From Phycisphaeraceae bacterium (GTDB lineage Bacteria > Planctomycetota > Phycisphaerae > Phycisphaerales > Phycisphaeraceae): a stretch of 64,000 nucleotides of DNA. How positions within the stretch are numbered: position 1 is the first letter of the stretch; each line of letters starts with the position of its first letter. Of this stretch, positions 43,680-52,548 are shown in pieces. The notes under the pieces are model-generated. The model ran no database searches. It saw only the letters and a program-made list of their open reading frames with translations, and was not told the origin of the DNA. Made by a program: the position numbers and the translations under genes. The DNA lies in NCBI GenBank assembly GCA_963674705.1, contig OY771506.1, positions 576,001 to 640,000 on the forward strand. Reading direction: 5' to 3'.

Positions 43680-44438
43680 TCAGCGTTTGCGGCGTGAGAG
43701 CACCGGCAGGCCGAGCGCCGCGAGGAGCATCGCGGAAGCGGGTTCGGGGAAGATGGTGACGGTGAGGCCTTGCAGGTCTTTCTTCTGGATTTCCGCGGAA
43801 GAGCCTGCTTCGCTGGTGGTTGCGAGGATGTTGTTGAGGATGACCTTGACTTCGGTCGCGCCGTAGGTGTAGTTGACGCCGGCGTCGATCAAGAGTTGTT
43901 CGACATCAATGTCGAGCACGCCGGTCCAGATCACACCGAAGCCTGCGCCGTCGTCGGCGAGGTTGTAGTCACCAGCCGAGGGGGTGAAGACGAGGTTGCC
44001 GTTGTAATTGATTGGCGAGATGCTGACGCCGTCAACTTCAACGATATTGATGAAGACCGGTGCGGCCACGGTTGCGGATGTTCCGACACCACCAGAACCA
44101 AAGATCGTGTAGTCGCCGGCTTCACTGAGCACGATCTGGTCAATGAAGTTTCCGGACGTAGCTTCGGCGGTGAAGTTGAGTACGCCGATGGTGCTGTCGA
44201 TTGCTCCGCCGCTGGAACTTGAGACGAAGTTGGTGGGGTTAAAGTCCAGCGCATCACCGGCGACCGTGGGAGCACCGAATAACGGCGTCGCGTCGGTGGC
44301 GGAGTCTTCGGTGACAGACAGGTAGTTCACTGTTGTACCGGAAAAGTTGCCGTAGTTAATCGGCACCGCCTGCGCAGTTGCTGCAAGCAGACCCATTCCC
44401 AGAAAAGTTGCTGCCCTACTGATCGAATATGACTTCAT
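43680..44438 (-). CDS. PEP-CTERM surface protein
   Basis: Signal peptide, acidic beta-rich body, FPEP-TM-RRKR. Confidence 0.85.
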   Translation of the reverse strand: MKSYSISRAATFLGMGLLAATAQAVPINYGNFSGTTVNYLSVTEDSATDATPLFGAPTVAGDALDFNPTNFVSSSSGGAIDSTIGVLNFTAEATSGNFIDQIVLSEAGDYTIFGSGGVGTSATVAAPVFINIVEVDGVSISPINYNGNLVFTPSAGDYNLADDGAGFGVIWTGVLDIDVEQLLIDAGVNYTYGATEVKVILNNILATTSEAGSSAEIQKKDLQGLTVTIFPEPASAMLLAALGLPVLSRRKR

Positions 44439-44852
44439 ATCACCCGCTCCTAAAGGTTAATGCCCGATGGCTATAAAGTGATTTACTTCAGGTAGGATAC
44501 AGAGTCGCAGAGGAACTTCAAGGGAAAAATGCCTGACGATCGGGAATGGCCCCGACTTTCAACCCCCCTCATTGAACCGGGCCATACACATACAAAGCCC
44601 TATGCAGTAACGCATTAGGCGCAAACTTTTTTGAAAAATCCTATCCCCGCCGGGCGTATTAATGCGTTTCTTACAAGACAACCACAGCCATAAAATCCGA
44701 GCCGAGACTGCGTAGCCCCCGGTTCAGACCGGTTAGGACCGGATGGTCCAGCGGTGGGGAGGGGCTATCAGACATTGCTGTCGTTATTGAAAGGTGTCTG
44801 TGGTTGCAGGTGCTGCAAAGCAACTGGCCCACAGTTCGGGATGTATATGTAA

Positions 44853-44882
44853 AGACAGTGCCGGTGTTAGCCGGCACTGTCT
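44853..44882 (-). terminator. Intrinsic terminator-like hairpin
   Basis: AGACAGTGCCGG-tgttag-CCGGCACTGTCT just downstream of the 44912 gene. Confidence 0.6.
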
Positions 44883-44911
44883 GTTACTTTTGTAGAGCGG
44901 GTAGCTGCGTT

Positions 44912-45673
44912 TTACTTCTTGCGGCGAGTTAAAATCGGCAGACCGATAGCTGTCAGGAGCACCAGCGAAGCGGGTTCGGGCACGACGGTCACGCCGAAGC
45001 CCTGGATATCCTTCTTCTGGATCTCAGCGAATGAGCCGGCTTCACTGGTCGTCGTGAGTGTATTGCTCAGTGAGACCATGACCTTGGTCGCACCGCCGGT
45101 GTAGGGGACAGCGGCGTTGGTCAGGAGCTGGGCGACGTCGACATCCAGGACACCGCTCCAGATCACGCCGAAGCCCGCGCCGTCGTTGGCCAGGTCGTAA
45201 TCGCCAGCCGATGGTGAGAAGACCATATTGGCGACGAAGTTAACCGGGACGATCGCAACGCCGTCGACCTCGAGGACGTCGATGTTGACCGGCGCGGTTA
45301 CGCTGGCGAGGGTCCCGACGCCCCCGGTGCCGAAGATGGTGTAGTCGCCGGCCTCGTAGAAGAGCACTTCATCCACGAAGTTACCGGGCAATGCTTCGAT
45401 GTAAAAATCGAGCACGGCGGTGGTGGTGTCGGACGCTCCTGCGCTTGAGCTGGAAACGAAGTTGGTCGGGTTGAAGTCCAATGCGTCACCCGCGACGGTC
45501 GGCACTCCGAACAGGGGAACCGGATCGGTCGTTGAATCTTCCGTGACTTGCATGAACTGGACGGTTGTACCGACGAAGTCCCCGTAGTTGATGGGAACCG
45601 CCTGTGCAGTGACTGATGTTAACAGTCCCACTGCGGTGCAGACCGTTACCCCAAAGATCGAATGTGTCTTCAT
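44912..45673 (-). CDS. PEP-CTERM surface protein (tandem paralog of 43680)
   Basis: Colinear with 43680 (AVPINYG...ALDFNPTNFVSSSS...AEIQKKD); VPEP-TM-RRKK. Confidence 0.85.
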   Translation of the reverse strand: MKTHSIFGVTVCTAVGLLTSVTAQAVPINYGDFVGTTVQFMQVTEDSTTDPVPLFGVPTVAGDALDFNPTNFVSSSSAGASDTTTAVLDFYIEALPGNFVDEVLFYEAGDYTIFGTGGVGTLASVTAPVNIDVLEVDGVAIVPVNFVANMVFSPSAGDYDLANDGAGFGVIWSGVLDVDVAQLLTNAAVPYTGGATKVMVSLSNTLTTTSEAGSFAEIQKKDIQGFGVTVVPEPASLVLLTAIGLPILTRRKK

Positions 45674-45943
45674 ATTCTCCCGCTCCTGATTGTGTGCCCC
45701 GAGGATCGTTAAACAAATTACTTATCGCAGGATACCGGTTTGCTGGATAACTTCAAGGGTAATTTTAGTTCTGTCATCAGGATTGCGCATCTTCGGTCCG
45801 GGTCGGCTGGGCGATATAACAGGCCGATTCCCGGTCGCAAGTAGGGTATATACGGTACTTTGCATAAAGCAATCCGATATAAATCCAGTGATAAAGAGGG
45901 TTTTAAATAATATTGTTTTCGCACGCGGAGACTGCAAATTACT

Positions 45944-46138
45944 TCAAGCTCTTGTGTGGCTGTTCATCAGTTGATCCAGCGCGCGGACGTGCTGTGGGCC
46001 GTAGCGGCGGTGGCCGCCGACCGTGCGGTGCGACGGCGGGATCAGGCCGAGGCGTTCCCAGACGCGCAGCGACTCGGGCGATACGCCGAAGCGGTCAGCG
46101 AGTTTTCCGATGCTCATCATGTGAAGTTCACGTTCCAT
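45944..46138 (-). CDS. Stand-alone MerR-family HTH protein
   Basis: MSIGKLADRFGVSPESLRVWERLGLI...GGHRRY; no effector domain. Confidence 0.85.
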   Translation of the reverse strand: MERELHMMSIGKLADRFGVSPESLRVWERLGLIPPSHRTVGGHRRYGPQHVRALDQLMNSHTRA

Positions 46139-46406
46139 GTCATGTCCCCCTGCATCCTTCTATATCGATCACAATTCCGATCGCCTTATAGGCTTGAGGG
46201 GTGAGGCTTGAGGTTGGAAGTTTGAATGATGAAGTATTAGAGGTTGTGATTGATCACGTAATCAATCCGGCCCTCCCCCTTGCCCTCTCCCGGGGGGAGA
46301 GGGGATATAGTTTGCTTTGTCATTCTTCATTCAAGTGAAACTGCAAATTCATACTTCCTATCTCAAGCCTCACTCCTCAAGTCTCAAGCCTTCCTCGCAA
46401 CAACAA

Positions 46407-46488
46407 TGAGGTGGGACGGAGTTGAACCGCCAGGGTCTTTCGACGGCTGGGTTACAGCCAGCGGGGCCTGCCAATGCCCAACCACCTC
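46407..46488 (-). tRNA. tRNA-Tyr(GTA)
   Basis: Anticodon arm GCTGG-CTGTAAC-CCAGC, long variable arm, GAGGTGG/CCACCTC acceptor. Confidence 0.85.
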
Positions 46489-46616
46489 GGATGAGCCGTT
46501 AGCCGTTAGGCTTTGGCCATGAGCACGGAGTTGTTCCGCCTTTGGCGGATGGGGGCAGCAAGCTGCCCCGCTTAACGGCAAGCCTTTTTGCGCTAACAGA
46601 TGGTGGCTTCATAAAG

Positions 46617-46701
46617 CGGAAGGCGGTGGGCACGATCCACAAACTCAAACGAGTCCCGACCGGTTAGCAACCGGTGCCCGTCCCCGACGGGTTCACCTTC
46701 C
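46617..46701 (-). tRNA. tRNA-Ser(GCT), atypical T-loop
   Basis: ACCGG-TTGCTAA-CCGGT, long variable arm, T arm GTGGATCGTGCCCAC, G73. Confidence 0.75.
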
Positions 46702-46805
46702 TGGTGTATGTAGGCTTGAGGCGTGAGTCTTGAGGCTTGATTAAGCATGCAAAACGTAAGCATTGCGATACTCAAGCCTCATCCCTCAAGTCTCAAGCCT
46801 TCCAA

Positions 46806-46876
46806 AGGCCGGGGCGGGAATCGAACCCGCTTGGACGGGGTTGCAGCCCGTCGCCTTGCCATTCGGCCACCCGGTC
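46806..46876 (-). tRNA. tRNA-Cys(GCA)
   Basis: ACGGG-CTGCAAC-CCCGT, U73. Confidence 0.9.
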
Positions 46877-46931
46877 TTGTGAAGAGTGGATGGATGTGAA
46901 TTGAAGCAATAAAAACCGTTAAAATCCACAT

Positions 46932-47822
46932 ATGGACTTTCTATTCTGCTGTTATCCAAATCGCATTCGTGAAGTTGATCCGGATTATCAGGCCGAGGCT
47001 GATTGCGTAAGACAACTCAGTTCATCTGTGAGTTTGTTGGATCATGACGCTCTGCTTGAGGGAAGTGTCTCCAAATCAATCCGAGGCGTTGAATCCCGTA
47101 CAGATCAGAAACAGCTGTGCTATCGGGGGTGGATGATCCCACCGCCGTTGTATAAACAGCTATACGAGGGTCTACTTGAAAAGAACCTAGTGCTAATCAA
47201 TTCACCCCAGCAGTATCAACATTGCCATTACCTGCCGGATTCATATGAATCTATCAAAGGCAAGACGCCTGAGACTGTGTGGATCCCGGGACGACCTCCG
47301 TTTGATCCAGCACAGATCATGGCGGCAATCAAACTGTTTGGTGGCAAACCGTTGGTCCTGAAAGATTATGTGAAGTCGCAGAAGCACTATTGGAAGGAAG
47401 CCTGCTACATACCTGACTCAAACAAGCAAGATGAAGTCATGTCCCGGGTTAACAGGTTCATCGAGCTACAGTGTGATGACATCGAGGGTGGATTGGTGTT
47501 TCGCGCGTATGTGCCGATCAAGATCATTGGGCGACATGCGGTTAGTGGTATGCCGTTAAGTCATGAATATCGTGTTGTGTGGTTTGAACAGAATCCGGTT
47601 GTGGTTTGGCCTTATTGGGATGCTGCTGATCCGAGGGAATGTGATCCGCCTTTGGATGCATTTCGCGAAGTCGCGAACCAGATCAACAGTCGGTTTTTCA
47701 CGATGGATATTGCTGAGCTTGACGACAGCAGTTGGATCATTGTTGAGCTAGGCGATGCGCAGGTCGCAGGATTACCGGAGAATGCTGATCCGGTGACTCT
47801 GTATAAACCGTTAATTGATTGA
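46932..47822 (+). CDS. ATP-grasp domain protein (R2K clade / DUF4343-like)
   Basis: YRGWM, CHYLPDSY, LKDYVKSQKHYW, EYRV, FFTMDIA, IVELGDAQVAGL. Confidence 0.8.
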   Translation: MDFLFCCYPNRIREVDPDYQAEADCVRQLSSSVSLLDHDALLEGSVSKSIRGVESRTDQKQLCYRGWMIPPPLYKQLYEGLLEKNLVLINSPQQYQHCHYLPDSYESIKGKTPETVWIPGRPPFDPAQIMAAIKLFGGKPLVLKDYVKSQKHYWKEACYIPDSNKQDEVMSRVNRFIELQCDDIEGGLVFRAYVPIKIIGRHAVSGMPLSHEYRVVWFEQNPVVVWPYWDAADPRECDPPLDAFREVANQINSRFFTMDIAELDDSSWIIVELGDAQVAGLPENADPVTLYKPLID

Positions 47823-47850
47823 CTTGGCATATCAGAATGCAATTCAAAAA

Positions 47851-47922
47851 TGCGGCCGACAGGGATCGAACCTGCTCCTCCGCCGTGGCGGGGCGGCGCT
47901 CGGCCAATTGAGCTTCGACCGC
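47851..47922 (-). tRNA. tRNA-Gly(GCC), C33
   Basis: CCGCC-CCGCCAC-GGCGG, T arm GCAGG-TTCGATC-CCTGT. Confidence 0.8.
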
Positions 47923-47956
47923 GTGGTGGGTAGTTCGTTGTGATATCGATTAGAAG

Positions 47957-48029
47957 CACGCACGGTAGGGGTTGAACCCACATCTGGTGGATTTGGAATC
48001 CACTGCTCTGCCGATTGAGCTACGTGCGT
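47957..48029 (-). tRNA. tRNA-Trp(CCA)
   Basis: GTGGA-TTCCAAA-TCCAC, G73. Confidence 0.9.
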
Positions 48030-48179
48030 GTGGGGAGAGCTGTTAGCTGTTAGCTGTTAGCCGTCAGTAAGAAGTATTCCGCCTGCGGCGGATGGGGGTA
48101 GCAAGCTGCCCCGCTAAACGGGGAGAACGCGAAACGCGAAACGGCTTGAGCTAATGGCTAAGGGCTAACGGCTCATAAA

Positions 48180-48251
48180 CTGCACCGGCAGGAATCGAAC
48201 CCGCAACCGTCTGCTTAACAGGCAGCCGCACTACCTTTGTGCTACGGTGCA
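48180..48251 (-). tRNA. tRNA-Asn(GTT)
   Basis: CTGC-CTGTTAA-GCAG, U1-A72, G73. Confidence 0.88.
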
Positions 48252-48302
48252 ATGTGTGTGATTGACTAAAGCCTCACCGCTCAAGTCTCAAGACTTTTCA
48301 AA

Positions 48303-48375
48303 TCACCCCGGCTGGGGTCGAACCAGCACGCTGCCGTTTAGAAGACGGCCGCTCTTCCGTTTGAGCTACGGGGCG
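48303..48375 (-). tRNA. tRNA-Arg(TCT)
   Basis: GCCGT-CTTCTAA-ACGGC. Confidence 0.9.
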
Positions 48376-48432
48376 ATGCTCGACTTATTCGATCGTTATT
48401 GACAGCGTGATGCGATACCTGACAATGCGGGT

Positions 48433-49470
48433 ATGTATGAAAATCAAACCAACAGTGACGGTGATAAAGGACCGGGGGCTGAGGCTGTCGCTCGTGTGGT
48501 TGACGCGGCGAATCAGCATCCCGATGAAGGGCCAACGGAAGAACTGATCACTGCGATCAATGAATTGGTTGCACAGGACAAGCATCTTGATGCGAACACG
48601 TATCGAGCCTTGTCGGAGAGCATCAAGCAGATACGGTCGCCGATGAGTGCGGGATTCGTCGCTGTCTGGTTAGGTGCGACGGTTGAAAATGGTGCGGACC
48701 CGCATGTGCCGTTGCCGCATGTTCTTGAATACCTGTACAACCTGATCGCCACGATCCAAACGCCGAAGGACGATGAGCCGGATGATGCGGTCCCCGAACC
48801 GGGCGAACTTGTGCAGCAAGCATTGGATCACCTGGGGCAGGCGCTGGTCGCGATGTTGATACGTTGTCCCGATGCGATCAGGGAACTCATCCGGCGCGAG
48901 CAGGCTGTATCCGAGCTTGAGCGCGTGGAGCATCTGGCGAGTGGACCCAAGTGGATATTAGCGTTACTTAGACAACGCAGCGGTGAGTTGCTTGTATTGC
49001 ACGGCGTTGAAGGGGTCGGCGTTCGTGTGAAGTATGAGAATATCGAAAACTGTTTTCACCTGTTCACGCTCCTTCAGGGTTTACTCCAGCGTGTGATGCC
49101 CGGCGCGAAGACGCAAAGCACGACGATGTACAAGATCGCGCGGGGTGAACTGGTCGGGCAGGTGCATGACTCGGCGTGGTGGCATTACGGCCGGGCCGGG
49201 GTGCCGAAGGCGGACTTTGTCGGGATGGTCTTTGGCGAGCCGACGCTAGATTCGATCGATGAGGTTGACGGACAACAGGTGTTGCTGCTCTGGCCGCCGA
49301 TCATCGCGGATCGTTCGTGGAACTCTGGCTTTTTCCAGCCGATCATCGATGCCAGGAAGCCGAACGTTGAGTTGCTGGAGAAGCTGTCGCCTGACGAGGT
49401 TAAACGCTGGCGCGAACGGTTGGGTTTGCCTGCGGCAAAGGCGCGGCCGTGGTGGCGTTTCTGGTCTTGA
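48433..49470 (+). CDS. Hypothetical protein with C-terminal RPWWRFW tail
   Basis: 345-aa ORF with TTGACA upstream; family not recognised. Confidence 0.7.
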   Translation: MYENQTNSDGDKGPGAEAVARVVDAANQHPDEGPTEELITAINELVAQDKHLDANTYRALSESIKQIRSPMSAGFVAVWLGATVENGADPHVPLPHVLEYLYNLIATIQTPKDDEPDDAVPEPGELVQQALDHLGQALVAMLIRCPDAIRELIRREQAVSELERVEHLASGPKWILALLRQRSGELLVLHGVEGVGVRVKYENIENCFHLFTLLQGLLQRVMPGAKTQSTTMYKIARGELVGQVHDSAWWHYGRAGVPKADFVGMVFGEPTLDSIDEVDGQQVLLLWPPIIADRSWNSGFFQPIIDARKPNVELLEKLSPDEVKRWRERLGLPAAKARPWWRFWS

Positions 49471-49483
49471 CCGTGAGTATGAA

Positions 49484-49555
49484 AGCCGGCGGCCGGGATC
49501 GAACCGGCGCCTCCGTGGTACGAGCACGGTGTTCTGCCTGTTGAACCACACCGGC
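49484..49555 (-). tRNA. tRNA-Thr(CGT)
   Basis: CCGTG-CTCGTAC-CACGG. Confidence 0.88.
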
Positions 49556-49632
49556 GATAAAACCCTCGGCCCGAAGACCGAGGGCTGCAGAGAAAAAACG
49601 CGAAACATTCGCATGCAGACACCATTAAGAAG

Positions 49633-49705
49633 TGGCCCCGGTGGGACTCGAACCCACACCCAGCGGATTAAAAGTCCGCTGCTCTGCCGATCGAGCTACA
49701 GGGCC
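49633..49705 (-). tRNA. tRNA-Lys(TTT)
   Basis: GCGGA-CTTTTAA-TCCGC. Confidence 0.92.
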
Positions 49706-49869
49706 TTGTCGTGTTGTTTTAAAATGGGAGAGCGAGCAGGCTGGCAGCCTGCGGCTAATGGGTGAGTGCGTTGGGATGAAGTTGTTGAAAACAAGATAGC
49801 CAGTTGATCTACGATGTTTCGCGGCGGGCTTTGTTACCCTACACCCCACACCCTAAACCCTATCCACAA

Positions 49870-49943
49870 TGCGCCGTGTCGGCCTCGAACCGACCACCTG
49901 CTGGTTGGAAGCCAGCCGCTCTGCCGAGATGAGCTAACGACGC
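49870..49943 (-). tRNA. tRNA-Gly(TCC)
   Basis: GCTGG-CTTCCAA-CCAGC. Confidence 0.9.
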
Positions 49944-50024
49944 CAGGTATGTTTCATTTCTGCATGCTCTGTGTGGCGCAGTCGCAATACGGCCACGGCC
50001 GATCATCTATAATGGGCGGCACCG

Positions 50025-51896
50025 ATGGGACAGCTTGCCGAGAATACGGTGTTGCGATCACAACGTGTTTACAAAACCCGTTGGATCTCGGGTTTTGTCC
50101 TGATCTCTGGTGTCACGATGGCTGGCGCCTGTCTGTTCATCATTCTCGCGACATTGCTTGCGGGCAAATCCAGCCCGATCATGCAAGTGATTGTCACAGT
50201 CTGGCTGGGGATCACGGCAGCTTTCTTTCTCTGGTATCCACTTCACATGTTCAGCCGATCGCTGACGCGATATATCTTCACACCTGAAGCGTTAATTGAA
50301 CGTTCGCTGTTCCGCAAGCAGGTCATGCCCTGGCGTGACGTGACGGATTATTCCGTGGTGGCTGGTGACGCGGGGGAGCCGTTGTCACACATCATCTTTC
50401 ATCTGGTCGACGGCCAGACCAAACAACTGCCGTTGGACCTGATCCCCGAAGGCCGGGTGGAGACGTTACTTTCGGCATATGTGCCGTTGATCGCGGAGCA
50501 TGGGTTGGAGCGACCGAGGCAAGCCGGATCGTCAAAAAGCGAACTGCGTAAAAGCACACGGAAGGAAGCCATCTCCGATTGGGCTACTCTTTGTTTCAAC
50601 ATTTTGTTTGGTGGGATTTGTATCACAGTATCTGTCTTTCTCATGCTTGGTCGCATGGAGTATCAACTAATCATCAGCGATCCGGTGGAAGTGACCGCGA
50701 CGGTTATTGAACTGGATGTTGATGAAGAGGATGCATCGTTAACATTTGAATTCACTGACGATCAAGGCCATGTTGTCCGATCTAGCCGGTCGGTCGAGGT
50801 GAGCACAGCTAAAACATTGGCTGTAGGCAGCGAAGTAACCGTCAAGCACCTGCGTGGTTCACCTACAAAAGTCCGATTGAAGAAGGGCGATCTGGATCAC
50901 CAAGAGTGGCTGTACGTATTCGTCAGCTTCCCGCTGGGGTGGTTGTGTATTTGGGGGTGTTTCCGGCTGCTCAGGTCGATTTTTGGGCCTAAGACAAAAT
51001 CGGCGTCATGGTCGGTCCAGTCTAATTATGACGAGGCGATTATCTCGTACAGCCCGGCATATATGGAAACCAGTGTTGCTATGATCCCCGAGCAACATGT
51101 CGGTGCGGCGGTTTTTCTTCGTCTGAACAGCAAGGAAAACAGCAATCAATTCGTGGATCAGATGTCCACTTTTTCACCAAGCTCGCATGAATTGAACGGG
51201 AACAATATCCAGTGTGAAAACATTGCCGGGATTTTCCTGTGTATGGGGCCCGTGGCGATGTCTCGTTTTGTATCCCGCTTGGGCGAGCCGGCCAAGACCC
51301 GTGCTGAATATGTCGTGCTCGACATGGCGGACAGTGTGGAAGTAAGCCGGTGGGCGGTACGGAATGATCCGAGGCATCGCGACATGGATGAATTATTCAG
51401 CGATGAAGTCGTTCGGTTCTGTTGCCGAAATAACACGGTTGGGCCGGTGCAGCCGGGTGAACTGACATACGTGTTTGATCGATTCATCATGCAAATGATC
51501 AAAGCCCTGTGTGAAGATCAGACGCCCGCGGGGCTATACGACGTCAGTATCTGTCAAATCCTGAATCTCTCACCCAAAGACCTTGATGCCAGGATCATGC
51601 TGTCGCTGCAGATGAACCGGTTGCGGATTTTTGTGCAGCTGCGCGGCGTCAATCAAGCTTCGGTGGCTGAGTATCAATTTGGACAGTGGCGGCGCACCCC
51701 GGAAATGCCCGTGCCATTAAGCATGCGCAACTTCAAGTGGTTGAAGTATGTGTTAGCGCTGCCGTATGGTCCGTGGCTGATATTGCCGGTGTTACCGTAT
51801 CTCATCTACTGGGCGATGGAATTGCCATGCAAATGGTATCGGCACTTTCAATTGAATAAAGCGCGGGCCGCGTTGTTGCAATCTTCCTCGATCTGA
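50025..51896 (+). CDS. Multi-pass membrane protein (bacterial PH-like and DUF3592-like segments)
   Basis: TM pairs, ERSLFRKQVMPWRDV, VTATVIEL...VGSEVTVKH, TATAAT upstream. Confidence 0.65.
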   Translation: MGQLAENTVLRSQRVYKTRWISGFVLISGVTMAGACLFIILATLLAGKSSPIMQVIVTVWLGITAAFFLWYPLHMFSRSLTRYIFTPEALIERSLFRKQVMPWRDVTDYSVVAGDAGEPLSHIIFHLVDGQTKQLPLDLIPEGRVETLLSAYVPLIAEHGLERPRQAGSSKSELRKSTRKEAISDWATLCFNILFGGICITVSVFLMLGRMEYQLIISDPVEVTATVIELDVDEEDASLTFEFTDDQGHVVRSSRSVEVSTAKTLAVGSEVTVKHLRGSPTKVRLKKGDLDHQEWLYVFVSFPLGWLCIWGCFRLLRSIFGPKTKSASWSVQSNYDEAIISYSPAYMETSVAMIPEQHVGAAVFLRLNSKENSNQFVDQMSTFSPSSHELNGNNIQCENIAGIFLCMGPVAMSRFVSRLGEPAKTRAEYVVLDMADSVEVSRWAVRNDPRHRDMDELFSDEVVRFCCRNNTVGPVQPGELTYVFDRFIMQMIKALCEDQTPAGLYDVSICQILNLSPKDLDARIMLSLQMNRLRIFVQLRGVNQASVAEYQFGQWRRTPEMPVPLSMRNFKWLKYVLALPYGPWLILPVLPYLIYWAMELPCKWYRHFQLNKARAALLQSSSI

Positions 51897-51915
51897 GCCC
51901 GACTCACAAAATCAA

Positions 51916-51990
51916 TCAGCCCGGCTGGATTCGAACCAGCGATCTCTCCCGCCCGAAGGGAGCGTGATGACCAAGCTTCACCACAGGCTG
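51916..51990 (-). tRNA. tRNA-Pro(CGG)
   Basis: CTCCC-TTCGGGC-GGGAG, C1-G72, A73. Confidence 0.9.
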
Positions 51991-52120
51991 TTAAGCACAA
52001 TGCATAGTTGATTGAGTGTTCAATCAAATATAGTTCACACGAGATTGCTGGCCCTCACCCCGGCCCTCTCCCAAGGGGAGAGGGAGTAAAACACTAAGCC
52101 GCAAGCGGCTTTTGGGTGAA

Positions 52121-52192
52121 TCAGGGGAGAGGGAGTCGAACCCGCTTCCTCGGGGTCACGGCCCGAAGCTTTACCGCATAAGCTATCCCCTG
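52121..52192 (-). tRNA. tRNA-His(GTG), atypical
   Basis: TCGGG-CCGTGAC-CCCGA; no encoded G-1, A73, one T-stem mismatch. Confidence 0.7.
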
Positions 52193-52233
52193 AATGACGG
52201 GCCCCCGATCCCGCCTCATTGAATCATGTGTGA

Positions 52234-52482
52234 TTATTGTCTGAAGTAATGGCTGCGGTTTGAGCCGTCGAGTTTGCCGGTCTTCATGCAGCACTTCTTA
52301 AAAGCGTTTGCCGCTGCCGCAAGGACATGGATCGTTGCGGCCGAGCTTTTCGATCAGTTCTTTGTTGCCATGAACGCATTGGTCGCCCCGCTTGACTTGT
52401 GACTCGGACGGGTAGCCGTAGCGTCGCTTGCTCATGGGCTGGAAAGGATTGGTCGTCGTTAAAAGCGATGGTCCTTGTGCAT
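52234..52482 (-). CDS. SEC-C motif metal-binding protein split across frames by three +1 shifts (81 aa when joined)
   Basis: SD AAAGGAGGTG before ATG 52482; [14 protein letters not shown] continues as KKCC in the +1 frame. Confidence 0.75.
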
Positions 52483-52548
52483 GGTGCACCTCCTTTGATA
52501 ATAGATTGTTACCACTCACACTCCCCCTCTCTTGCGTCAGAAGTTATA

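Noticed and set aside
44460..45930. Riboswitches upstream of the PEP-CTERM pair
   Set aside because: No recognisable aptamer consensus found by eye.
52399..52548. ORF-track N-terminal extensions (52399 plus, 52519 minus, also 54408 and 56167)
   Set aside because: They overlap other features; downstream starts with clear SDs or better context are preferred.
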